Source: a virus
Lineage: Duplodnaviria > Caudoviricetes
Length of the DNA: 24,587 nt
Virus record (IMG/VR): IMGVR_UViG_3300030376_004674
Span: 1 to 24,587 of that record
Reading direction: 5' to 3' (one strand)
The notes beneath the pieces were generated by a model. That model searched no databases. It was not told where the DNA came from and was given only the letters and a program-made list of their open reading frames with translations. The position numbers were made by a program, and so were the translations under genes. Positions 8,450 to 17,464 of the stretch are shown here, piece after piece. The stretch's first letter is position 1, and each line of letters starts with the position of its first letter.

Positions 8450-11400
8450 TTATGATTGAGTTAAAGTTGGTGTTACTACAAATTTACATATAGAATCTAT
8501 ATTCCACGATGGCATAGTTCCCACAATACCTATTTTAACCCTAACAACATTTGTGTGTAGCCCTTGGTGAGCACTGCTTGCAGTCCAGACCCCACTATTT
8601 ATATAGCCGTCTTCTTTTGTCACAGCTCTTAATAAGTTTAAAGGATCTGAAGGTGTTGTCACGGTTATACCACTTGCTTGAACAGCCCATTTAGCGCCGT
8701 TTGCCATAAGCGGGTGAACATAAAAAGCAGCTTGATCATTACCACCGTTATAAGCGTCATTATCTATTGTTGTATCAGCAGCGTTTGTTACGGATGTTTT
8801 AAACGTAGTGACCGTGGCATCGTTAGGCGATGTGTTTATTCTAAACTTAGGAGATCTTGGTTGATCTTGAGGCGTTACCATTACAGATATATTATCAATC
8901 ACACAAGCTACGTTTTTACCTTTAAACAAAGATATATTAGTGTTTTTAGTAACTGTCCACGTGTGTGATATAACACCCGTCGAGTCTATTCTTGCTGACG
9001 CCGGTAATCCACCTCCAATAAAACCAACTGTTTTATTGCTTGGGTTTGCTGATATTGTTATATCTGCTGTTATAGTATAGGTCTCTCCAAGTATTAAATC
9101 ATTACATATATTTCTTAAATAACGAAGTCCACCAACAGCGGTACCAGTAGTTTTAACAGCTGAATTAACAGTAAAGCCTGAGTTTGCATGCGTTTCGCCT
9201 ATAGCAGCTGGGTTACCACTTTCAGATGTAGGGTAAGAATTACCACCGCTATAACCAAAAATACCACCAACTAAAGTAACTGTTGGGTCTGGTGATTCTG
9301 GAGCGTAGGCAAAAACAGTGTGAGTGTACCTTGTTAAATGTGTTCCGTCACCAACAGAAACACCACTAGCAGGTATAGTACCTAGTCCCTGCATTGTAAA
9401 CTCACTAGTGTCTATGTTTTCGTCTGTAGTTGCAACACCTATAATATTGTTAAACCATTTGCCTTCTTTTTCTTTAAACTCTACAACTTGACCTGACTGT
9501 TGATCTGTTTCTATTGCACTTGCATACCAACCGTTGGTAACTAGAGCAACATTGTCATCATCATTACTATATACTCTAGATGTAGTTCCTTCGTAACCAA
9601 GTGTATTAAAGTTTTTAATAAGAGAAGGCTCGTCATTAAATATAAACTTTATAGAAGACTCATACTGAACTCCGTAAAAATAATTTCTTAATAAGTTTTG
9701 GTTGTGCTGATATAACTCACCATCTTTAACCGTGTAGTAATCGCCACTTACAGAAAAACCAGCTTCTGGTAAAAATGATTTTAAACTTGTCCAGCCGTTA
9801 ACTTTTTCTGAAAAACTAACAGTTTTACCGTTTAGTGTTACGTTGTAAGTGTCTTTATCTTCATCATAACTACCTACTATACTGTCAGAGTTTGATAAAT
9901 TTTCTTTAAAAAACGTAGACATACCCTTTTCAGAAATGTTTGTTATTCCGTCCATAGAAAGTCTTAGCACGGCGTTTCTGTTTTTGTCGGTATAATAAGC
10001 TCTATAACCATAACTAGCAAAAGATTCTGGATTTTTAGATATACCAAACTCACCAGCAAAAGGTATTGTTTGTCCTAAAACTTTGTTTGTTGCGGTTACA
10101 TTTGTTTTGCCGTCAGCATTAAATAACGCATCTTTATTGGCTAAAACTTTTAACGTTTTATGCTCGCAAAAAGTTATAACGTTAGTGTTTCTTGTAAATA
10201 GTTTTTGTATAGAGCCGTAAGAAGGATTTAAGTCTTTTGTTATACCCTCAGCCATAATAAACTGATTAAGATTATTTATTGAACTAGCACCGTTATATAT
10301 TCCAGAAAATATAATACCGTTAGGTTTTGTTTCTTCCTCGTATTGACCCATAAAAGTTGTAGAAACTCTAGGACCATTATCTATTATAGGCTCGTTAAAA
10401 GCATCTTGTATTCTATTTGACTCAACACCATTACCATAAGCGTAACAATTATACCAGTGAAGTGGTACTTTGTAATAAAAATTGTTTCTAGCAGCTCCAG
10501 TGTGACTACCTCCGTCATCAGCAGAGTCATTGGCAACACCAGGCGCTTCAACACCGTTTTTAATTAAAAGCTTTTGTTTAAACTTAGCGTTGCCGTTAGC
10601 GTCTTTAGTGTATACAGTTACATATGATCCCGCTTCAACACGTTTTACTTGTTCGCTGTGTGGCGCGTCGCCTTTTATGTAAAAAGCTGGTTCCATTAAA
10701 GCACTATCTACAATAACTATTTGTGCGTCTGCAACAAAAACGTTTGTATCTATAGCTCCGTTAGGCTTAATAACATCTCTTTCTACAAACATGTCATCTC
10801 TAAGTATTAAAGATGTTTTTGGTGTTTCGTAGTAAAGATTTAAGTCGCTTGACTCTTTTGGTAAAACCTCAAACACAGCTGGGCTATCACTGTTAAACGT
10901 TTGCCCTATTGTAACAGGCTCTAATATCTGTAATTCAGAAGAGTTTGTTTCAGCAGCAGACGCTGTTACACCCCAATAAGGTTTTATTTTACCAGGATTA
11001 ACTACACTACCGGTGTTACTTTCTGTTGCATCGTCGTAATATCTTTGACACGGTGACCATTTTATAGGTTGATCTAGTTTTAAATGAAATCTAACACCTT
11101 GGTTGTGTCTGTGACCATAATTATCGTCAGTAGAAACGTTTGTATGGTTGTTAATGTCAACAAACAAAGCTTCTTCAACGGTATATACTGTGCCAGTAGG
11201 ATCATTTGTCCATCTAAATTGAGTACCTGGTTTTTGTAATCTTTGAAAAAGTGTAAAATTCTCTGTTATGTGCTGTCTGCTAGGACCTGTTTGACTGTGA
11301 AAAGTATAACCACCATCTCTTGGTCCTAAGTTAAATATTCTAAAATCACAAGTTGTTTGACCAACAACAAAACCATGACCCATAGATCTAAACCCAGTAG

Positions 11401-14400
11401 GTTTGCTAGTATCGTCTAAAGATATGCTAGAATTATCTGGTGTTTCACCTTGAAACCAGCTCCAAGCTTGGTCTATAGCCCATCTTTGTTTACCAACTAA
11501 CTTACCTTGCAAATAAACTCTTGTGTCTGGAGCACCTTTATAACCCCAGTAGTTTTTCAGAGTACCAGGAACCCAAACGCTAGGATCGTCACCATCTTCA
11601 GCCCAAACATTTAAATCGTCTGATATTCTTTCAGAAAGCTTAATTCTAAACTGCTCGCCACTGTTTTGTTCAAATTGAGCAGAAAACTTAAGCGTATTAG
11701 TTCCATCGTCATTAGGGTCAATGTCAGTAACTGTAATAGGCGGATTATCTGAAATACTGTAGTCTAACATATCTTGCCAAACTTGTTGACCAAGATACGT
11801 TATTTGGTGTTGTATTTTACTTCCAACAGGAACACCAGTAATACTGTTAAACAATTGTGTGTCGCTAGTATTAGCATTTGCCGCTGTTATAGTAGGACCA
11901 ATACTTGGCCAACTGTAAGTTTTTAAGAAACTAGCGTTCATATTACCATGAACATTTGTTTTGGCAGCGTTATCTCCAAAACCAGTTTCTTGATTTGCGC
12001 CCTCATCAGTGTAGACGTTTTGAATCCAATAAGTAGGTTGTGTTGATACTATACCATAATTTGTTCCGTCAGATCCTAAAACTTCAGTTATATTTTCTTT
12101 TAAATAGTCATCTTTTAATACTTTTATAAAAAACCTACCTTGAAACTCTTCATCAAACTCTTTTAATTCTTGCTCGTACAACTCAAAATACTCTGTTCTA
12201 TCTGTACTACCAGGAGCTCCACCTACAAAATTTATATCACTACCAAAAGGTCTTTTAAGTAATATTTCGTAATAATCTTGGTTATCAGTAAAATCACCAT
12301 CATCGTTGTCATCAACTTTTTGTATGCTTTCTACCTCGTAAAAATTAGATACCGTGTTTTTAACGTAAGATCCTATTCTTATATACCGATCAGCTGATGT
12401 GGCGTCAGCTATGCTAGAAAGTCTACTGCTAGTAGCAATACCATCAGTACCTCTCAATCTAACCACTATACCACCTTCTACAGGATAACCCGTAGATGTA
12501 TCGCCGTTTGTAGCAAATTGTTGGTTTTCTAATCTACCAACTAAATTTCTCCTTACTTTTATAACGTCAGGAGCTGAAGACTCTTTTGCTATAACTTTGT
12601 ATTTTATGGTTTTAGGTATCGGTAATATAGGCGTGCTAGTGTCGTGTGCTTTTTTTAACACTATATGATCTCCTTCAGAAACTTTATTAACGTCGCTTGA
12701 TGGGAAAGAAATCCACACAAACTCTTCAGTCTCTGCTTCATAAATTCTATCCATAGTTATATTATAAAACTCACCTTGGGGTTCTTTTATATAATGCTTT
12801 ATATGTGTTGCCCAATCAGGATAAACAAAGTCGTTTGTTACAAAAAAGTTGTTGGCAGTGTAAGACTCTTCTTGACTAAGATTTATAGTACATGTGTCAG
12901 CTTGAGAGTAAACAGGCGTTTGCCTACCAAACTTGTCTAGTAAAGAAGCTCCTAGCTGGTATGTTCTTAGTGATTTTACAGATTTTAAAGCTTGATTAGC
13001 TTCTAATTTAGACGATTGAACAGATAGCTCAAATCTAGGCTCCTCGTCAACATTGTATTGATTTGTATAGTTTGCATATAATAATCTATTAGCCGTTATC
13101 TCTTGCGCTTTAGCAGCTTTAGGTACATTATCGTAAGGCCTTAATATTTGATTACTAGGAAGCATTGCGTGTATTTGATCTGATGTAACTTCAAACGTTG
13201 TTAACGACGCAAGATCTGTGCTGTCTATAGTTTTATATTTATATATGCTTTGACTATCTGAAAACTTTATTAAAACGTCTAAACTAACAACGTCTTGAGG
13301 CATAGTGTCAAACTCTTTTAATACAATTTTACTAACAGTGTTTTGTATATTTGTGTTAGCTCCTAGTGCAGAGTCAAAATTATAACCTTCTTCTGTTGGT
13401 AAAAAAGCTACCTCTGAAAACGCTGATATACAAGAGTATTCCCCATCTATGTATTTCCACCTGTAAGCAAATCTAGGAAACTTATCTTCAAATATAGACG
13501 TGCTAGTTTCTCTTGTCGCATTCCAGTTTCTAAGATCAGTATTAGACATTGCTAAAATATCTTCGTCAATAGAAAGTATTTTAAAATCAAAAACTTTTCT
13601 ATATTGATTAGAATGAACAGGGTCGTTCCAAATATCTTCAGATAATAATCTTATTCTAATTTTAACCTCAGCATTAGAACTAGATGTTGCTATAGTGTTT
13701 GGAGCTGATAAAACAACAACATCGTTTTCTATAAAATTAGGCCTTGGGTTAAAAACTATTTTTTGTGTTTTTATAGTGTTGCCATTTTCGTCAAATACAG
13801 TTGCTCCAAGTTCATTTTTTAAATTACTATTTGAAGTTGTTCCTTCTGGCTTTAATTGTAAAGCTCCGTTAATATCTACATATTTCCAAAAAGACTCGTT
13901 TCTATGTGGTGACAAAGACCATCTAAAACCTACTTTTTCATTATTTATTAAAGAAGTAAAGGTTAGAGTTTGAAGAGAGGCAGTGCCTGTTGCGTTTGCA
14001 GAAAGAACAAGTTGAGTAGAATTTGTTATAGATAAAACTTTAGTTCCAGTTGGAATATTGTTACCAACAACATATTGGCCAACTTTAATTTTACTGTCAG
14101 CATTGTGAGTTACATTAGGACTTCCGTTTGTGACAGAGCAAGGCGCTACTGTAAAAGCAGGGTTTGCAGAAAGAGTTATTGTGTGATTTGAATCATCTTT
14201 AGAGTTTACACCTATTGGCTTGTCATCTACTGGGTTTGGTATTGCTCTACCTGTTTCGTCAGTCAAAGTCATACCAACAACAACGTTGTTCCAGTAAGGA
14301 CTAGCACTAACGTTACCACCATCATCAGTGTTGTTAAACTGTAATGTTGCACTTGCTACATCACCGTCTAAAGTTCTAAGGTAAATACTGTTGTAATACT

Positions 14401-15130
14401 CTACAGAGTCAGTAGATCCAGCACCAAAAACAGCGCCCCAAGAAGTTCTAGTTGTATTTGTGGGTGTAAAAACGGTGCAAGAGCTAGGATCGCCCGTGCC
14501 GGCTATATCTCTATAAAGTTCAAGAGTAGGTGCGTTTAAAGGATATTGCTTAACAACGGTTATATCATCTTCTAACACATTGTTAGTGGTTACCACGTTG
14601 TTAGCATCAACAAATTTAAAAGTAGTTGACCACTCGTTAGAGTCGGCTACACCTTTTTTAAATCTATCTATATTTATTTTTTTAGGTTCGTTTTCTCCAT
14701 CAGTAAAAAACAACATACCATCAATAACATTAATACCTGTTATTAAATTATTTTCTATAGTTCTAATGCCGTTTTGAACTCTAAAGTTTAAAAAAGAAAC
14801 ATTACCACTGTGGTTATCTACAAGTATAGGTTCTACTTGCTGTGTGGTTTGGTCATATTCAGCTATGGCATCTACAGAATCTCCAGAAACAAACCATATA
14901 ACTTTTTGATTTTCTGGATTTAAAGCACTACCAATGCATTTTGCTCCTGTTATGCCTAAACTAGAAACTTTTACGTTACCATAAGAATTTTGCGCAGAAC
15001 CAACATCACTACCTTCTGTTGTAGTAATATCAATGTTTAGCGCATCTCTGTATTCATTCTTAGGTATTAACCTTTCGTCAAGGTCTTTGTTCATTTTCCC
15101 TGACGTAAAATTATTTTTAATTTCCGGCAT
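8450..15130 (-). CDS. Tail stabilisation / muzzle-like protein (P22 gp10-like, crAss-like), 2226 aa, with multiple inserted domains
   Basis: N-terminus MPEIKNNFTSGKMNKDLDERLIPKNEYRDALNI and motifs FAYRWKYIDGEYS, NRLLYANY, GEFGISKNPESFA, EFKEKEGKWFN are recognised from crAss-like tail stabilisation proteins. Follows the ring protein genes. Confidence 0.8.
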   Translation of the reverse strand: MPEIKNNFTSGKMNKDLDERLIPKNEYRDALNIDITTTEGSDVGSAQNSYGNVKVSSLGITGAKCIGSALNPENQKVIWFVSGDSVDAIAEYDQTTQQVEPILVDNHSGNVSFLNFRVQNGIRTIENNLITGINVIDGMLFFTDGENEPKKINIDRFKKGVADSNEWSTTFKFVDANNVVTTNNVLEDDITVVKQYPLNAPTLELYRDIAGTGDPSSCTVFTPTNTTRTSWGAVFGAGSTDSVEYYNSIYLRTLDGDVASATLQFNNTDDGGNVSASPYWNNVVVGMTLTDETGRAIPNPVDDKPIGVNSKDDSNHTITLSANPAFTVAPCSVTNGSPNVTHNADSKIKVGQYVVGNNIPTGTKVLSITNSTQLVLSANATGTASLQTLTFTSLINNEKVGFRWSLSPHRNESFWKYVDINGALQLKPEGTTSNSNLKNELGATVFDENGNTIKTQKIVFNPRPNFIENDVVVLSAPNTIATSSSNAEVKIRIRLLSEDIWNDPVHSNQYRKVFDFKILSIDEDILAMSNTDLRNWNATRETSTSIFEDKFPRFAYRWKYIDGEYSCISAFSEVAFLPTEEGYNFDSALGANTNIQNTVSKIVLKEFDTMPQDVVSLDVLIKFSDSQSIYKYKTIDSTDLASLTTFEVTSDQIHAMLPSNQILRPYDNVPKAAKAQEITANRLLYANYTNQYNVDEEPRFELSVQSSKLEANQALKSVKSLRTYQLGASLLDKFGRQTPVYSQADTCTINLSQEESYTANNFFVTNDFVYPDWATHIKHYIKEPQGEFYNITMDRIYEAETEEFVWISFPSSDVNKVSEGDHIVLKKAHDTSTPILPIPKTIKYKVIAKESSAPDVIKVRRNLVGRLENQQFATNGDTSTGYPVEGGIVVRLRGTDGIATSSRLSSIADATSADRYIRIGSYVKNTVSNFYEVESIQKVDDNDDGDFTDNQDYYEILLKRPFGSDINFVGGAPGSTDRTEYFELYEQELKEFDEEFQGRFFIKVLKDDYLKENITEVLGSDGTNYGIVSTQPTYWIQNVYTDEGANQETGFGDNAAKTNVHGNMNASFLKTYSWPSIGPTITAANANTSDTQLFNSITGVPVGSKIQHQITYLGQQVWQDMLDYSISDNPPITVTDIDPNDDGTNTLKFSAQFEQNSGEQFRIKLSERISDDLNVWAEDGDDPSVWVPGTLKNYWGYKGAPDTRVYLQGKLVGKQRWAIDQAWSWFQGETPDNSSISLDDTSKPTGFRSMGHGFVVGQTTCDFRIFNLGPRDGGYTFHSQTGPSRQHITENFTLFQRLQKPGTQFRWTNDPTGTVYTVEEALFVDINNHTNVSTDDNYGHRHNQGVRFHLKLDQPIKWSPCQRYYDDATESNTGSVVNPGKIKPYWGVTASAAETNSSELQILEPVTIGQTFNSDSPAVFEVLPKESSDLNLYYETPKTSLILRDDMFVERDVIKPNGAIDTNVFVADAQIVIVDSALMEPAFYIKGDAPHSEQVKRVEAGSYVTVYTKDANGNAKFKQKLLIKNGVEAPGVANDSADDGGSHTGAARNNFYYKVPLHWYNCYAYGNGVESNRIQDAFNEPIIDNGPRVSTTFMGQYEEETKPNGIIFSGIYNGASSINNLNQFIMAEGITKDLNPSYGSIQKLFTRNTNVITFCEHKTLKVLANKDALFNADGKTNVTATNKVLGQTIPFAGEFGISKNPESFASYGYRAYYTDKNRNAVLRLSMDGITNISEKGMSTFFKENLSNSDSIVGSYDEDKDTYNVTLNGKTVSFSEKVNGWTSLKSFLPEAGFSVSGDYYTVKDGELYQHNQNLLRNYFYGVQYESSIKFIFNDEPSLIKNFNTLGYEGTTSRVYSNDDDNVALVTNGWYASAIETDQQSGQVVEFKEKEGKWFNNIIGVATTDENIDTSEFTMQGLGTIPASGVSVGDGTHLTRYTHTVFAYAPESPDPTVTLVGGIFGYSGGNSYPTSESGNPAAIGETHANSGFTVNSAVKTTGTAVGGLRYLRNICNDLILGETYTITADITISANPSNKTVGFIGGGLPASARIDSTGVISHTWTVTKNTNISLFKGKNVACVIDNISVMVTPQDQPRSPKFRINTSPNDATVTTFKTSVTNAADTTIDNDAYNGGNDQAAFYVHPLMANGAKWAVQASGITVTTPSDPLNLLRAVTKEDGYINSGVWTASSAHQGLHTNVVRVKIGIVGTMPSWNIDSICKFVVTPTLTQS

Positions 15131-15133
15131 ATA

Positions 15134-16641
15134 TTAGTGTTTTATTTGCTTAGACTTACCTCTAAGTGTTTGAGTTAACTCCTCTAATTTTAAATTTGAT
15201 AGTCTTAGTTTAGCCGTTCTTACAGCTGCAAATCTTTCTTTTTTAATTCTTCTAACAACATACTCTGGCATGTTAATTAAACTTGATACTACAGCGTATG
15301 CTATACACTTGTACATTGCTTCTTCAGCATACTTATGAACAACCATCTCATCTAGCGTACCCATTGAGTCGCTTAGATATTTAAGTATTACAGTTTTTCC
15401 AGATAAGTTAGAGCTAAAATGTATATTACCTTTGTTGTTGTCTATAAAAAACGAGGATCAATACCATATCTTTGACCGATGTTTAAATCATACATTTCAT
15501 CGTCATAGTTATAATCGCCTTTGTCGTTTTCAGAAGGTGTGTGAGTTTTGTACTTTGACCAAGTGTTAGAATCTGTAGTTGCTAAAGTACCATCCGTGTT
15601 GTAAGTGTAGTTGCCATCTGCGTCTTGAGTTATAGCTGTAGGGTTGCTAGTTTTTGACTGAGGATATATAACGTGCTCAATACCGGCAGTATCACTCCAA
15701 GACAAACTTACGTAGTTAACATAATCATGAGGCAACATCATAGTTAAAGAGCTAGGCACCTCTATTTCTTGAGATTTGTTAGACCTATAGGTATCGTAAC
15801 TTAATTCTTGTTGAGCTCTTCTAGCGTGAAAAGCAACGTCAGCTCTTTTTATTTTTGGTATTAATTTACCCTGACCAACCATTGAAACCATAAAGTTATT
15901 TATAATTTCTTTTAATGATATGTTTTGATAATTACCAGTCTCATTGTTGTGTGAGTTAAATATTTCAATTACAGCACCAGGAGGAACTTGGGTAGAAACT
16001 TGTGTTACTGGTATATGATTTTGACTCCAGTCAGATGTAGATGTATCTGTTATATCACTAATCCAGCTATAACTAAAAAAGTATACATACATACTGTTTT
16101 CAATTCTAACAGGTTTGTTTAGCGTTATAGTTTGATTATCATCTGCTATTTTATATATAGATATATTTTCAGAAGGAGAAACCTTAGTACCGTCTCCTTG
16201 AGCCGTAGAAGTTGTTGTATGCGCACTTGCACTGTTAGTAGGGTCAATAGCTATAATATCACCAACTTGCATGGTTGTGTTTGCCGCTCCTAGTTTTATT
16301 ATAGAACCAGCAACATCACCAACTTGAACACCTGTTGTTGCATAAGTACCACCATCAGCAGCTATTTGCACACCGGTACCAGATCTTCTAACTAATCTTT
16401 TTCTACCAAATACTATTTCAGGTGTTCCTTTTATATAAGAGTAATTAGTATTGTCTAAAACAACACCATTTACTTTTACTATCATATCCGTGTTGTACGA
16501 GTTTGTAGTAGGATCGTTTGTAGTAGGTGGTAATGGGTTTAATAAATCAAATGTACTAAGCTGTGTTAAACCACTAGCTTGTTGATTTATAGTTTGTATT
16601 TTAGTGTAGTATCTTTTTTGTTCTTGTGTAAATAATCCCAT
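15134..16641 (-). CDS. Neck/tail ring (tail tubular-like) protein split by a -1 frame change at ~15445-15457; joined product ~502 aa
   Basis: The 0-frame ORF 16641-15442 ends ...YGIDPRFL-TAG. The -1 frame is open from 15457 (SSFFIDNNKGNIHFSSNLSGKTVILKYLSDS) straight into the 76-aa ORF 15364-15134 (MGTLDEMVVHKYAEEA...RGKSKQIKH). Motifs LPHDYVNYV and AKLRLSNLKLEELTQ are recognised from one crAss-like ring protein family. Could be a programmed frameshift, a pseudogene or an assembly error. Confidence 0.8.
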
Positions 16642-16644
16642 TTA

Positions 16645-17409
16645 TTATAGTTTTTCTTGTTGAACTTGCTTTGCGTCTTCTTGTGCAGCTGCTTGGTATG
16701 TAGATGGATCTTTTATAGATATACCAGCTAGTTGTAATATTTTATTTACTAGTTCAACCTCTTCAGATACATGAAGTTGAAAATCTTTAGAATTAGTGCT
16801 GTTGTATAAAGCGGCACCGTTTATTTCTGTATATGCCCAGTTAACAGCGTCAGCTCCGTAACCAGGTGTTTTAACGTAATCTATAAATACGTTAGTATTT
16901 CTTTGTATAATACGAGCAGTTGTAGTGTTTTGTCCCCAAACTTTTATACCATCTTTATCTCTAGTATATACGGGCTGGTCGTTAGCAGGTCTTGCTAGCG
17001 ATGAGTTTGCGTAATATCTAAATTCGTTTTGTGGTATATACTCAGCTTCAATGTAGTCGTTGTCCCAGTAGTACCAAACAGTACCTAATCTATAAAGATC
17101 AGCTGGTAATGCCTGAGCAGTTCCTTTCGTGCCTAAAGCATAGCTTTGATAAACACCATCTGTTAATGAGTAAAAAGAACACGAAAGATCAGCTATTTTT
17201 TCGTCTAATATTTCTAACATATCAGAGTAAGCCGTCGTGTTGCCCGGAAGTCTGCTAAATTGATTTATATCGTAAAAATATTGTTCAAATATTTGCATTT
17301 GGGCTTGGTTGGCAAATAAATTAAACTCTTGAGGTGTTATATAACCTCTTTGCTCTTTATTAGCTATTGCTAAAACTCTTTGATATATTTTGTCTACGTT
17401 TACCGCCAT
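16645..17409 (-). CDS. Conserved crAss-like structural protein, probable neck/ring (head-tail adaptor) protein, 254 aa
   Basis: N-terminal VLAIANKEQRGYITPQEFNLFANQAQ and C-terminal ELVNKILQLAGISIKD motifs. Syntenic position two genes after the capsid gene. Confidence 0.7.
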   Translation of the reverse strand: MAVNVDKIYQRVLAIANKEQRGYITPQEFNLFANQAQMQIFEQYFYDINQFSRLPGNTTAYSDMLEILDEKIADLSCSFYSLTDGVYQSYALGTKGTAQALPADLYRLGTVWYYWDNDYIEAEYIPQNEFRYYANSSLARPANDQPVYTRDKDGIKVWGQNTTTARIIQRNTNVFIDYVKTPGYGADAVNWAYTEINGAALYNSTNSKDFQLHVSEEVELVNKILQLAGISIKDPSTYQAAAQEDAKQVQQEKL

Positions 17410-17419
17410 AATTTTTTAT

Positions 17420-17458
17420 TGTAGTTTGCAATCGCCCCGTAGGGCGACTGCTCCTACA
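17420..17458 (-). other. Intergenic RNA stem-loop with cUACGg tetraloop, no U-tract
   Basis: Minus strand TGTAG-GA-GCAGTCGCCC-TACG-GGGCGATTGC-AAA-CTACA: 10-bp inner stem (one G-U pair), asymmetric purine internal loop, 5-bp outer stem. Confidence 0.8.
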
Positions 17459-17464
17459 GTTTGA

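Noticed and set aside
15134-15364. 76-aa ORF as an independent gene
   Set aside because: Its frame is open 31 codons further upstream with protein-like sequence, and it reads as the C-terminus of the ring protein.
15385-15444. Amber (TAG) readthrough / alternative genetic code, as known in some crAss-like phages
   Set aside because: Reading through the TAG in frame gives TTTKVIYILALTYLEKL then TAA and does not join the downstream ORF. All other genes are intact under the standard code.
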